From positions 124,001 through 188,000 of the forward strand of contig NW_026515674.1 in NCBI RefSeq assembly GCF_025526975.1: a DNA stretch of 64,000 bases. The letters run 5' to 3'. Shown one piece after another: positions 24,224-36,978 of the stretch (the first letter of the stretch is position 1; each line of letters starts with the position of its first letter). The DNA is from Fimicolochytrium jonesii. Its lineage: Eukaryota. Position numbers and translations under genes: made by a program. A model generated the notes under the pieces. It was not told where the DNA came from. It saw only the letters and a list, made by a program, of their open reading frames with translations, and searched no databases.

Positions 24224-26998
24224 GTTCGTCAGGACTGGAGGACAGGAGTCGGAAGAGAAAACTTGAAGTCAGCCTTCTCAGCTTGGCAAACCGTTGGGCC
24301 GCAACTCTGCCAAGCCACGCGGAAGAGACGTCCTCCGATCAGGGCTACCAAGTATGGGTTCCCGTAGCCAATCTTCTAGTGACGTTCGAACTCCTATCAC
24401 TCGTTGCAGATCGGTAGCGGAGAAGTCGGCCCGCAACGCAATTACGCGCCAGCGGACAGCATCCCAGCTTCCTTCTGTGCGACATGGTCAACATAACTGA
24501 CGGCGTCTGCTTACCTGCGAAAGGAATTGCCGGGTTTGGGTTATGGGCGGGAGTTTCTCGCGGGTATGGGGTGTGGAGCGTACGACCGGGGTATCTCGAC
24601 TGCGAAGGGGGAACGCAGCTGTGCTTGTGTCTTGGGGGTTACGCGGGGTTTCGCTGGTTCTTGTTCTTGTAGCCGCTGTTGCAAGCCCGTTCAACAAAGT
24701 TGTGTTGTTGGATTCCAAGACTTGCAAATTGCGGATTGATATGGCACACTGCGGCGGCTGGGCATGGAGATCTCTAGGCCCCACAAGCCGGGCATCGGTT
24801 CCTATAATGGATTGCGCTACCCGATTCCCACACATCTGGTAGCCAAAAAAAATTGTCCACAGACCAATTGTGAACAAGAATCAACATCTTAAGTTATGGT
24901 GTTAAACCAGGCTTTCTCAGAGTAGGCGGGCGATCAAGGCTACTACCCAAAGGTTCAAAACTCAACGAATTTGATTGCGATGCGTAATGCGCTTCTTTAC
25001 CGTGCACGCATTGCACTGTTGTCTCGATTTTCAGATTCAGCTTTTGCCGCCGGTCTCCGTGAGACCTGAGCGGAAACAAAAACCTCGAACGAACGACCCT
25101 GACGCCGCAATTTGCAATCCAGCTACGAGGGCCCACCTACGCTGGACTCATTCCGAAACCACAGCCGACGGGCAACCAAGGTGAAAGCTCCACTCCGTGA
25201 TTGACTCGGATGGTAGTTTCCAGTCTCGGTGACTTTGCGTTATCCGACTCCATCGATGTTGGACCACCGAATCGACGTTCCAGTACCGATGACGGTATAT
25301 GCTGGGTTGTGCACATTTGCCTGGGCAGAGGAGTTGTCGATCCCGGTCAAGAAACAAGCGTGGCACTGATCTCGCCCCGCTTTGAATACAGATCCAGTCT
25401 ACGCTCAAAAAGAAATCTTGTCGCAAGCCAGAAGGCTGCACAACGAACAACCCGTGGTTTGCATCCAGCCTTGACTGTAACGTCCTAATCTAGAATATCG
25501 ACGGCATTGACGGCACGCTGCTCATACACAAGGTCTATAATTTACGACTTTTACGGCAGGCTGCTCGAGCGGCCAGTTTCGTCTGTAACTCGTCCATAAT
25601 CTACCGCATCTGTAATAGTAAGCAAAGAAGGGCAATGAGTAAACAATCGGCCGTAATTCGCAAACCCGCCTCTCGCAGACGAGTGATCAGAAGCCAGTCA
25701 GTAAAAAACAATTTGTCGGCACTTCCACGTCGAACCACCACACACCAAAACATCCACCACACAGCATTCGTCCCATTATACATCAGGTTTCGCGCCCACC
25801 AGGGTAAAGATCAAACATCAGGCAAAAAAGCCCGCATGTCCAGCCCGGTGTTCGCAGACATGACCCGACCAACGAACTATTGTTTCCGAAATCCACCGCC
25901 AGGTAGACGTGCTAATGATAAGCAGTGCGGTTCATTTACCGAAAACGTGAGCGATTCCAGAGTAGTCCCGAAAGGCCACCCTGGAATGCTTCTAAGCTTT
26001 CCCCACATGTTTCGTCTCGCCTTTACACGCACGCCCGACCGGCTCTCGGGCAGCGTGTCTATTGTGAGACGTCCAAAGGATCGACCTGAACCACGGTATG
26101 ATAAGCAAACAGCAGCCAAAAGCCGCGTCTGGGGTACCAACCGAACCCAGCTCTACCCAAGGATCTGATCGATGTCTGTCCGCTTTTACGACTCCCGGAT
26201 GATTCTAAGTCTGGGAATTACTTCTCGAACATTGAGGGGTACCGGAACTCAGGCCGCTTTTCTTCGAGTGGTGGACGCTTTGTTTGAGATGTGTGCGGGC
26301 GGTCGGGGGCGGATCTGACCTTTTACACGGGCATCATCCTGGCGTGCGATCACCGTCTTTTCCTTCGCTGCGCGATGACTACTGTAGTGTGCTTACCTTC
26401 ATTTGTGCCCGGAAGACTCTTCTTCAGATTGAACTTCAGTTTTTGAATCCGCCTTTCCGCAATTACTTCTGTCCATTTTTATTCCTTGAAATGGCCCGAG
26501 AGAGCTCAGAGCAAGCAGAGCAGCTCAGAGCTCATCGAGACCTTGGGGGCTGCGCCACATTGACAGGACCGGCTCATTGACGGGGGAATCAAGGCGGCGA
26601 GTGCATGAGGGACTTTTGCATGTCCTGGCCAACGGCAACGGCAACGGCAATGCATGTAAACGGAAAGGCGAACCTTGTCTGGAAGCATTCAACTGGGAGG
26701 TCCTCAGGGACTGGAGACATCTGCAAGTCGCTAGTCAGACGTTTGCTAGCACTCACGAGTGAACAGATAGTCACGTCTGGCAAGGAGTATTTACTCTCAA
26801 AATGGGTCGGAGATAAGGTGCGAGCCGGTGATTTGAACGAGGGCACTGTTGCACATGCACTTCGCAAGCCATGCCAAACGTCGGCATGCAGCTTGCAACG
26901 GACCTTGTTCTGTCCCCTGATGCCAATATCTCGCTGTCGATTACATAACACCAGCCGAACATTCATGTATGATTATGTATGTATGAGCCGTCTTCGCA

Positions 26999-27709
26999 CT
27001 ACGCCTGCAGCTGTTGTTTCCTCCCCTGCACCCACTCGTCTCTATATACTCTATAGTACACCTCATCGTCCTTATTGAAGCCCAAAGTCCCTTCCACAGG
27101 CTTCAACCCACATTTCTGCAAGATCTTGTGACTCTGTGGATGACCTGGCACAGCGCTAGCCGATACAAACTCGAGTACGGGAAAGCCCTCCGCCAGTCGA
27201 CCTTCCACGCCCTTGATCCAAATGTCATCGAGGACGCCGAGCAAAGCTTCTGTCGCATACCCTTTACCCCACGCGATTGGGTCATAGAAGTACGCAACTT
27301 CGGTTTCATCCCTTCGAAGCTTTGGATGATCCGGGATACTCTTGTAAGCGCCCAGGGAGCGGAAATCGAGGGCTCCAATGGGCGAAGCGTATTCCGAGTC
27401 GTGCAACTCAAACACGGCGTACGTGCCATATCCAAACTTCTCGAACCTGCCGGCCATGTTTGCCCGCCAGCTGACTTGCTTTTCGTCGGTGATGATGCTG
27501 GGCTCGAAGCCGGCGAGGCTCCCGATCGCGGGGTTGGCGTAGAGGCCGGCGAAAAACTTGACAAAGGCGGCACCGTCGAGATGCTTGGAGGAGATGGGGA
27601 GGAGGCGAAGGCGTGCGGTGAGAATGGGCTCGTGCACTATTGGCGAACTTGGGCGAGGCACGAGAGCGGCAATGGCGGCGGCAGGATCGGCAGTCTCGGT
27701 AGCGGTCAT
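26999..27709 (-). CDS. GNAT N-acetyltransferase, RimJ/RimL (Acetyltransf_3) family, single exon
   Basis: 236-aa ORF with ILTARLRLLPI, ETEVAYFY..AWGKGYATEA (acetyl-CoA binding) and SHKILQKCG. Confidence 0.85.
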   Translation of the reverse strand: MTATETADPAAAIAALVPRPSSPIVHEPILTARLRLLPISSKHLDGAAFVKFFAGLYANPAIGSLAGFEPSIITDEKQVSWRANMAGRFEKFGYGTYAVFELHDSEYASPIGALDFRSLGAYKSIPDHPKLRRDETEVAYFYDPIAWGKGYATEALLGVLDDIWIKGVEGRLAEGFPVLEFVSASAVPGHPQSHKILQKCGLKPVEGTLGFNKDDEVYYRVYRDEWVQGRKQQLQA

Positions 27710-28086
27710 GTTGGGTGAGTGAAGTACGTAGCTTGCTGGTAACTGTTGGGTAGGTAGAAGGGAAGCAGGAGGGGCTTTGTATCGGGTCTTATATACCTTT
27801 GACGGCCAGACGCCCGAGCGGCGAAGGTACAGTACAGTGGTGACACGTACAGTAGGCGTCCTTCGCGTTCACGAATAAGTAGCAGTTCGTAACACAGCAG
27901 ACATGTGAGTAGCATGTTTTCAAGGAGCGTGTTCTTCAGTCAAGATGCTAGCTGGATGGATGGCCGAATGATGTCGCTATTGTACTGTACCTTAAACTGC
28001 CCAACTGCCTTGTCCGCGATCGACCTCGGAAGTTAAGCAGCCTTCAGAACTCACACTGTGAAGTCGTCGTCAGCAACACGCTAGTC

Positions 28087-31000
28087 ATGTGGAAGGCCCG
28101 CTGTGCTCTGGCTGCAACAAAGCAGCGAGCTAACTCGAGGCAAAAGACCGCCGGTCGGCTGCTGATAGGTCGACCAAGTAGTCAAAACCAGGTAAGCCTC
28201 CGCGCCATTTACCATCCTCACCAAATGCTATGTGATCCAAAGACCTATATCCCTTCCAGGGTCGAGCTGTAACCACGTCCAACACCCGCCCACTCACAAC
28301 TCCCCCACCTCCGCCACCAAAACCATCAAGTTCTCCTGTTTTCAAATACGCTCTACTATTCCTCGTTCTGTCGGGAGCCGGATACTCAGGAGCAGCGTAC
28401 TATGCTCTGCAAGACCCCAAGTTCCGGAAAGTATGGCTTCAACAGGTTCCCGGCGGCCAGGCGGCCCTTGACCAGTACGCCCAGATCTTTGACACGATCG
28501 GCAAAACGAGTGTAAAGGACGTGCAGCTGAAGGCGGACGAGACAGTCCGGACCGCCAAGAAGATCGTGGACGATGTTCAGATCACTGCAAAGGAGAAGAT
28601 CGACAAGACACTGGGTGTTGTGAATGCAACAAAGGAGGGTGCAAACGCTACATACAAAGCCGCTGTCGATAAGATCCACGAGACGGAGGAAGTTGCCAAA
28701 AAGAAGATTGAAAACGTCTCCGCATTCATTGGATCCATCAAGGAGGACGCAGCTGCCAAAGTCGATTCTGCACAGAGGGCCGTGAAGCATGCTGAGGAAA
28801 CCGCCCGGTCATATGCCCATAGCGTGGAGAAGACGCTGTATGACACCAAGGAGAAGGCGGAGGACACGTATGACCAGTTGTACAGCATGATTACGGGAAC
28901 TCCTCCGAAAGTGAAGGTAATTGATATGATCATGTATTGAAGACCCTAGAAGGCACCGGCTAATCGTTGGATTTGAAGCCGGTCAAGCCGATAGAAGAAG
29001 CCCCCGTGGTGAAGACCTCAACGCTGTCAACCTTACCTCCAGTCAGGGTTGCCAAACCGAAGGTGAGAATATGCAGGCGTTGCATACACGAGACCGGGCG
29101 TGATTTCTGACCAGACGCTCCTCTAGGTAACAACGGATGAACCGGCAGTCGTGGCACCAACGAAGCCCGTCGAAGTCCTGGTGGTGCCTGAGTCTGAAAA
29201 GACACGTGGATCCACAGTCATTGCCATCCCATCGAAGAAAGACACCGCACCGGCAAAAACCTCCGTGAAGGACGTAGCAGCACCCGCGATCGATGTCGTA
29301 TCGGGCGCGGTGACGCCGATTGTTGAAGATGCAAAGGCATCCGCCAAGCAGATTGCGTCAACCGTCAAATCGAAAACGGAACCTGTGGTGGACAAAATCG
29401 TGGCGGCTGCGCATGACGCCCAGGATATGGCTAAGGACGTTGCGAAGGACGCGCAGGTGGTTGCGAAGGACGCAATTGAGGCTGTGAAGGATGCTGCGAA
29501 GCATGCCAAGGAGGTTGTGCAGGACGCTGCGAAGGATGGGCAAGTGGCTGCTGGGGATGCAGCTGACGCTGTGAAGGGGGCTGCGAAGCATGCAACGGAT
29601 GTTGCGAAGGGTGCTGCACAGCACGCAACGGACGCTGCAAAGGGAGCCGCACAGCACGCACAAGTGGCTGCGAAGGAGGCAACGGGCTCTGCGAAGGTCG
29701 CTGCACAACATGCGAAGGAGGCGGTGGCGGACGCCGCAAAGGATGCGCAACATATCGTAGGGGACGCAACGGACTCTCTGAAGGGTGCCGCCACCCACGC
29801 GACGGAGGTCGTGAGTGACGCCGCAAAGGACGCAAAGGTCGCTGTCGAGAAGGCAGTGGACAATGCCAAAGCGACCTTGAAGGCACCCGCTTCGGAAGCG
29901 GTTGGGCAAAAAGACGCTGCCACCGCCAAGTCAGCGGTGGAAGGTGTCGTGAAGAAGGGAGCTGACGCTGTCACTGCCGCTGCGGCGGAGTCCTCAAGAG
30001 CTTTGAATAAGTCTGTACAGCAGATTAAGGACGCCCTTGCGAATCTCGCCGATGCGCCCTATGCCGAAGGCCTCAGCGCGCCCATTTCGGCGCTTGCGAC
30101 CACACTCGGCAGTCTGGCGAGCGTCACTGCTGAGGAGGGGCGGGAAGCCGTGAAGGGCGCCCAGCATCAGTTAGAAGTCCTGGCTGATAAGCTCACGACT
30201 TTGAAGCACGACGAAGCAGAGCACGTCCAAAAATCCTTGCAAGAGCAAGCCGCCAAGTTCGCCAAGGTGCTGGAGGACCACATCGAGATCACGCAGGAGG
30301 CTCTGTTCCAGCAAGCCACCGATTTCGAAAACAGCTTTGGCCGCATCCTCGAAGACGAGCGGGAACTCCTCATCAAAAAGCACGACGCAGAACTTGCAGA
30401 GAAGCTCGCTGAGCAATCCGCCGCATTACAAGCAAACCTCACCGCCGAGCTCAGACGCCAAGCAGACTCACTGGAAAAGCATTGGACAAAAGAAGTCAAA
30501 ACCCGCGTCGACGAAGAGCGCGGCGGCCGCCTAGCCCGTCTAGACCATCTCGCCCTAAAAGTCAAACACCTCGAGAAACTCAGCATCGAAGCCGGCGAAG
30601 CCCTCGAACGCACCCACGCCGTCAACCAGCTCTGGGTCGCTCTCACAGCCGTCAAAGACGCTTTGGAAAACCCGCACCAGACACCACTCGCGAAGGAAAT
30701 TTCCCTCCTTCGCAACCTCGGCGATGCGGAACAGTTGGTCGCGACCGTTATCGGAAGCATTCCCGCCGAAGTCGCCCGCACCGGCGTGCCCACCCCCTCC
30801 GAGCTGGAACACCGCTTCCAAGCCAAAACAGCCAAAGCGGTCCGCGAGGCTCAGTTCATGTCCCCGCAAGCCGGCCCACTCTCCCACACCATTGCCCTCG
30901 GGTTGAGTAAACTCACTTTCAAGAAGGAGGGACTCGTCAGCGGGGATGATGTCGAGTCCATCGTTGCACGTGCCGAGTACTACTTGAAGGAGGGAGATGT

Positions 31001-31233
31001 GGACAGTGCGGCGAGGGAGGTGAATCAGTTGAAGGGCTGGCCGAAGGAGGTGGCGAGGGATTGGTTGGTGGGTGCGAGGCGATATTTGGAGGTTAAGCAG
31101 GCTATAGATGTAAGTCATCCGCGCCCAATCGTTCACTCCTGATTCCCTCACAGTGTCTAACTGCCCTATCTTTCTTTGATTACAACAGATTGTCGAAACA
31201 CACCTGAACCTCCTCAGCCTAGGCGCCGTGTAA
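28087..31233 (+). CDS. MIC60: MICOS subunit Mic60 (mitofilin) with a long Ala/Lys/Asp-rich repeat insert
   Basis: Exons 28087-28191, 28260-28916, 28979-29062, 29127-31109, 31189-31233. Arg-rich presequence, TM helix FKYALLFLVLSGAGYSGAAYYAL, coiled coil with VDEERGGRLARL, and mitofilin domain GDDVESIVARAEYYLKEGDVDSAAREVNQLKGWPKEVARDWL. Confidence 0.92.
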
Positions 31234-32029
31234 AGCTCCATCCGTACATTTCTTCCCACCCACCCACCATATACTGATCCCGCCACCACTCTATATCCGT
31301 CCGTCATTATTCGGAGTCCGTATTTCTCGCTATGCTTCCACCCTTTTTTTTTCAATACACGTAGACTATCGCTGTTTACATTACATATTTTCAGCTGATT
31401 GTCTGGAAGGATGAGAGGGCGGATTTGCTGGTTGAGAGCTGATGCTATGGTGGCCGGAAGTACCTGGCTGCATGTCCCCAAGGTCGTCGCCGATCTGAGA
31501 AGGGAAGGAAGTGACACAGCCTTACGGGGGCGATGTGGCGAAAATATAGACGTGCCTGCGACCCCAAGTGTATGTAGCACCGGAAGAGATGGGGACACGG
31601 ATGGCTGAACTACGGAAAACACCGTAACCTTTCCTACGAGATGGCAGCGGCGATCTGCAACAAAGGTGTGAACGAATCGCGGCGGTTCAACACGCAGACA
31701 ATCGCTGTTTATGACAAGTTTGCATATATGCGAAAACCGTTACATGAGAAAATAGGCGATGTATGGTGTTGTCGCGTGCTAAGAGGGTGAGCCCAAAAAT
31801 TTCTATGTTGTCAAGCAACAGATGGTACCCGGTAGCGAAATGGGGAAGCATACGCCACGAAGATATGTTGATGTCTTCTTTCGAATCTAGTTCTGCCCGG
31901 TGGGCTGCTAGGTGAGGCAGTACAACGCCTCGCACCTTGTTCTACAGCACCGCAGACTGTTAGATCACGCTCTGATTCGTCCCACAGCGTTCGTATACGC
32001 TCGTAATGCGTGGGAAACGGCCGGTGTTC

Positions 32030-34171
32030 TCAGAATGTGCAACCCGACGAAAGCGCCTCAAACAGGTTATTGCTCGTAAGCCCATTTTTCTTCTGCACCG
32101 GCGTCCTCTTCGCCATCGTCTTCTTCTTCGCCTTCTTCTTCGGTGTTGGGGTGCTTCGTCTCGCCGGGTCCCCGTAGTCAATAACCATCTCGACTTGGTC
32201 ATCAATCCCCTCCAAAACTGCGGAATGCACGCGCCTGTATGACGCGAGCAGTGATGCACTCGTTTCTTTGCTGCTGCTGTCCCCGCTGCTTGAGTCAACG
32301 GATAACATCCGCTCTGGGGGCGCTCCACCTTTGGCCAGCTCCATGCAGCGGTGGAACTCAAATCCGTCTAGGCATGTCCAGTGGCTTGTCAAGAGGTCTT
32401 GCGACGATTGCCCGGCCTCGCGGGTAACGCCAGTCAGCAGGGATTGTCCAAGCAGCAGTACGCAGTACAGTGAGCACTCCATCTGAGCTTGTCGGTGTAC
32501 GGACAGCCTGGTCGGTCGGAAATCGTGTCGCACATCGTATGCTTCGCTCACATAACTTGCGTCATTGCCTGCTCTCCATATCGCCTTTATGCCGGCGCAT
32601 AGGATAGCGCTCAATTCGTAGTTGGGGAGGGATTGCCCTCGCGAATGGAGTTCCCGTACAAGATATCGTGAAGCAACTGCTAGTGGGATGTACGTCGGTT
32701 CCAAATCACGCATCGCGCTGTAGTCCGAATCCAGTATGCGCATGAACAGGAGATCACGCTGCGCATCGGTCATATGGCCAAGTCCCGGCAGTTTTGTTGG
32801 CCTTGGTGTCTCCGCCGGCCCCAATCCTTCTATCGCCGCAAGGAAGGTTCTGACAGAGACGGCGGTCACGTTCTCCATAACGAGACGATCGGCTCGCCTG
32901 ATGTTTTCGCGGATGTGCAAGCGGCCAGCAACGAAGTCGTCGTATAGAGAGGAGTCAACCTCAAAGAGGCCCCAGTTCTCTACGGCGACAGGGCTAGCGC
33001 AGGATACCGCGACGGCGCCGTAGACCCAGATTCGTATATCTCGTGCAATATCCCACGCGGATCCCCGGTTGTTATCCTCCAAAAAGGGTGTGTTCCAAAA
33101 AACTCGCCCGTTCGCAATCTCGCCTAACCTTGGCTCATACAGGCCTTGCGTGAAAAGATCGAAGATTACCCCAGAGTTGTTGCGTGAGAGGTTCTCACTC
33201 TCATGTGTCAAATACTGTTTCATGGCATGCTGAAGTGCAGCGAGCAGGTCGTCCTTTGCTTCCCCAGGCTTCAAGTAGTCCACTATGTCGTTCAGTGCAG
33301 CTTCAGGTGTAGGGGAGCCTGCATGTCCCTGCAACAGTTTGATGATCTTCTTGATCCTCAGATTCCCCAGCCCTTTCTGACTGAGTATCTCCAGAGACCC
33401 TGGCAGAGCTCGACGATCGTGATGCGATATATAATCGCAGCCCGTCAGCACAGCAAACAGTGGTAACATGCTCGAAGAGATCCCCAATGCGGCCGCAAAC
33501 GTTTCCTTCGTATATAGCCGGGCGTGCAATATGCTGCCTTCCCAAGTAAGAGAGTCGAGTGGGATATAACCTTGCAAGGATGGCCCAGCGTCCTCGGGCA
33601 CCCCCCGATCCTCAATGCAGTGAATGAGGAAATCCGTGTCACGGGACATAACCGGAGCGCGGAGCTGCCTGGCCATATTTGCGATGGCTATGTCCGCTTC
33701 CCCTTCTGGGCATACCATCAACCGAAAGCCGCTCCGTCTCAAGGCGCATATGCACGCAGGAATAGCCATTGGAGGGAACAACGTGGCGGGTCCGCCTCTC
33801 GACGGCCCAGAAGCAGCTGAACCCGAGCGCAATATTTCGTCCATGACTCCGGCGACACGGCCAACTTTCTCCAACGATCGGCTCAGGCGTTCATCGAACT
33901 TTTGCTTCGGAAGGATGCCGTCGAAGATGAACGCGAGCTGCAGCCCAACTTGTCCCAGCTGCTCCGCTTGCCGAACCACTGCCCTGGCGAACACCTCGTG
34001 CCGAGCCCCATGGAGCCAGCTGATCTCCTTGGCGACATGGTACACAAAAGAGTGTCCGTCGACGAGAACCGGGACAGACGCTTCCTCTGTATCTCCTGGT
34101 GCGAACTTCACAGAGAGTGCGGCGCTTGTCGGCAACTGTTGAATATACGACGCAAGCCCTTTCACCCCCAT
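32030..34171 (-). CDS. Asteroid/FAM120-like PIN (XPG_I_2) nuclease-fold protein, single exon
   Basis: MGVKGLASYI start, VLVDGHSF, FIFDG, GEADIAIA, VMSRDTDFLI and LFAVLTGCDY are FEN-like PIN acidic motifs. Confidence 0.85.
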   Translation of the reverse strand: MGVKGLASYIQQLPTSAALSVKFAPGDTEEASVPVLVDGHSFVYHVAKEISWLHGARHEVFARAVVRQAEQLGQVGLQLAFIFDGILPKQKFDERLSRSLEKVGRVAGVMDEILRSGSAASGPSRGGPATLFPPMAIPACICALRRSGFRLMVCPEGEADIAIANMARQLRAPVMSRDTDFLIHCIEDRGVPEDAGPSLQGYIPLDSLTWEGSILHARLYTKETFAAALGISSSMLPLFAVLTGCDYISHHDRRALPGSLEILSQKGLGNLRIKKIIKLLQGHAGSPTPEAALNDIVDYLKPGEAKDDLLAALQHAMKQYLTHESENLSRNNSGVIFDLFTQGLYEPRLGEIANGRVFWNTPFLEDNNRGSAWDIARDIRIWVYGAVAVSCASPVAVENWGLFEVDSSLYDDFVAGRLHIRENIRRADRLVMENVTAVSVRTFLAAIEGLGPAETPRPTKLPGLGHMTDAQRDLLFMRILDSDYSAMRDLEPTYIPLAVASRYLVRELHSRGQSLPNYELSAILCAGIKAIWRAGNDASYVSEAYDVRHDFRPTRLSVHRQAQMECSLYCVLLLGQSLLTGVTREAGQSSQDLLTSHWTCLDGFEFHRCMELAKGGAPPERMLSVDSSSGDSSSKETSASLLASYRRVHSAVLEGIDDQVEMVIDYGDPARRSTPTPKKKAKKKTMAKRTPVQKKNGLTSNNLFEALSSGCTF

Positions 34172-34585
34172 ATGCAGCTGCTTCCCTTTGTCTCCGTCAA
34201 GGGTCGTTTGGCGAGTAAGCACTGTTCGGTGCCTCTGACGGGGGCCGTTGCTCGTTTGATGGATGGTACACAAATGTCGGCGAACTCCCTTTCAAACCTG
34301 CTGCATTTCGTTGGCTGCTCCTTATACGTTTCGAAGGGTGTCGGAGCTGTCGGTGTTGTGGTCAATGTGGGTCGAAGCGCTGGGATGTCTGCTTTGTAGG
34401 CCTTGTCTGCGTCAAGCGTTTTTTGCCCAGGTTCGTTTGTCCATTCCAACGTCGGTCAAACCCTGGTCAAACCTGTCAAGACGACGATACATATACAGAA
34501 GACGGTGCACGACTCGACCCCTGGGCTCTCCTGGACTCGACCCCCGACCAGTAACCATACTATCCGCTCATTCAATCTAGCGAAC

Positions 34586-35352
34586 ATGCCCAAAGCACCC
34601 AGACAAAGAACCCGCCAACGGGCCACCGGCCCCGACGGAAGGACCACCTTCACTGCCACGAAGCCAACACCAGTCCTGCCAAAACCTACCGTCGTTCATG
34701 TACAGTCAGACGCCATGGAGGAGACGGTGGTGGTCCAGCGAGTGGTTCCGGCAGCCCCGGTTCTCTCCGCAGTGTCTGTACCGGAGGTACTTTCGGAGCT
34801 CGAAGGAGGGCATGCTGCAGATCACCTCAAGAAGAAGGAAAAGCGGCGGGAACGACATGACCGGTGGATGCAGAGTGAGTGGTTCTTTTCATTGGTGCAA
34901 GCTGGGTGGGAAAACCTCTTTCTGTTTGCTGACTGTGGGGCTTTGCTGTTAGAACTTGGCGGAATATACCAACAGGCTCGGGACGAGAAGAACAAGAAAC
35001 AACCAGACGTCGGATCTTTGAACCTCACGGCGCTGCACCATGTTCTTCCGTCTGCTCAAGCTCCATCGCAGGACGGAGTACAGTCTTCGTCATCCCCGCA
35101 CTCGTCAGGTTCCGGACATTCGAAAAAGGCTCATGTGGCCGTATCTCAAAGTGCACGTCGACAAGCTGGGTACGTCATGAATAAGGTTACTTCACTTCCA
35201 TCGTCATACACTGAGATGTCCGCTATTCTAGGGTGAACGAAATCATTCGATTACAGAAAGTCATTCAGCATCCAACGTTCAAAGGGAACCCTCTTGCAAC
35301 GATACGGCAGCATCTCCAAAACAACCTTGCGAAACAGAACGCCGCACAGTAA
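34586..35352 (+). CDS. SLX9: Ribosome biogenesis protein Slx9/FAM207A-like
   Basis: Three exons (introns ~34875-34951 and ~35170-35231). KKKEKRRERHDRWMQKL and C-terminal EIIRLQKVIQHPTFKGNPLATIRQHLQN. Confidence 0.8.
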
Positions 35353-35521
35353 TAGCTTGGAAACTACATACTCGGGCTTCTACCACCCAACGTTCTATGA
35401 GCTCATCTCGGGGACACGGCGAAAAGTTCCACTGTTTGATCGTAGTCTACGCAGCATCCGTAGTCCGATCGCGCTATTTATATTTTTGGAGTCCCTATTC
35501 ATTCGCCGCCATACGCCGAAC

Positions 35522-36978
35522 TCATTGACGTAAATACGTGCGAAACCAATCTTCAAACTTGACAGCCGTGAGATCGAATCCCAAAGTCTCCAGCCTTGTA
35601 GTTGCGAGATGGGCATCATTAGGTCGAGTTGCTGGAAAGAGCGTAGATTAGAGATGAGTTACGTCTCTCGGTGTACGGAAAGCGCTATGTTCCTCACCGA
35701 CGGGTTCCTTCGGTGCTTCTCGGATCGGTTTTAGGTGATCGATCGGAAGGCTCAGAATGTTAGCGAAGACGGCTAGATGCTTAGACGTTAGCGCAGAGAT
35801 AGAGGAGACGTGTCAAACTTATTCAATCTTATACCGCATATCTGATACTTCGTCATTTTCTCCGGAGCACTGTAGTGGAATACACCACTGAGCGCCTCTT
35901 TCTTGAATACCGCGCGCTCTTTAGAAGCGGAACATGAACGTTAGTGATAGATAGTAGTCAAATCTGGACATCAGGAGCCTCTCACCGGTCATCTGTCGCA
36001 ACACCTTCGCAATATCCTCAACATTCGTAGGATACCGAGCTTGGAAATCATCCATATCGACAGTCTTTGCAGTGTTCTACGGGTCCATGGTTAAGCGTCG
36101 ACCGCGATCGATCGTACGCTGGTCACCTGAGACATCCCACTAGTACCTTAATGATTTCCAGAAGGATGTTGACCGCCGACTCGCTATCGTACTCAGTGGG
36201 TCCGTACAGAATAGGCACCCGGAGAATGGCGGCCTCCGGGTACGTTTTCGACAGCGTCACTTCTCCCTCGTACTTTGTCTGACCTACAAACGACTCACAT
36301 CGCTCGTCAATCGCTGGCAACAGAGCTGACATCCCTCCCGGAACTCCAGTACCATAAAAGTTCAAAGGATTGACTTTGGCATCAACCTCGTAAGGCGGGT
36401 TGTTCCCATCGAACACATAATCGGTGGAGATGTAGACAAGCCAGCTGCCGGCTTCCTTGGCGGCTTGGGCGATGTTTTCCGTGGCCGCGATGTTCAACTA
36501 AGGTGCGCGGTTTATTCAGCATCCTGTGGCCTACAATTGGCAAACCGCTTCCTTCATGCGACTCTTCCCACACCTTCCTGGCGCCCTCCGTGTCTTTTGC
36601 GGCCACATCTGGCCGTCTCTCGGCAGCGCAGTGGATGATAGCTAGGTCGGACGTAAACGTTAGGGGATAGCCGAGTCGATAAACGACGTCGAGCTTTTAC
36701 TCACTTGCCGGCTTCTCCTTCGCGATGAATTGTTTGACGGCATCAAAGTCCGTGAGGTTCAGCTTCACTAACTTCTCTCCTGACCGAGAAAATGCTGTCC
36801 CAATAACTAAAGAAATGAAGCACGAAATTGAGCCCACCGAGACGAAAGAAGCGTTCGCTGCGCGAAAGCTGAGATGACTACCATCGAAACCAGCGTTCTG
36901 AAAACAATTGAAGACAGCTCGACCGAGAAGCCCGGAGGCTCCTGTTATGATGACTTTGGGCTTCGTTGTATCCGTCAT
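35522..36978 (-). CDS. Methionine adenosyltransferase 2 beta-like / RmlD-like extended SDR
   Basis: About nine short exons: VIITGASGLLG, IIHCAAERRPDV, YISTDYVFDG, NPLNFYGQTK (YxxxK), LRVPILYG, RYPTNVEDIA, TKYQIC, RPNDAHL. Confidence 0.88.

Noticed and set aside
32030..34171. PIN nuclease plus Argonaute as a prokaryote-style defence system, or a viral insertion
   Set aside because: Both are ordinary eukaryotic families, ~31 kb apart; no capsid, polymerase or integrase genes seen.
35522..36978. RmlD-like SDR as the UDP-sugar epimerase (Uge3 equivalent) for the GT4 synthase
   Set aside because: Motifs (HCAAERRPD, LRVPILYG) fit the MAT2B/RmlD reductase group rather than GalE, and it is ~15 kb away among housekeeping genes.
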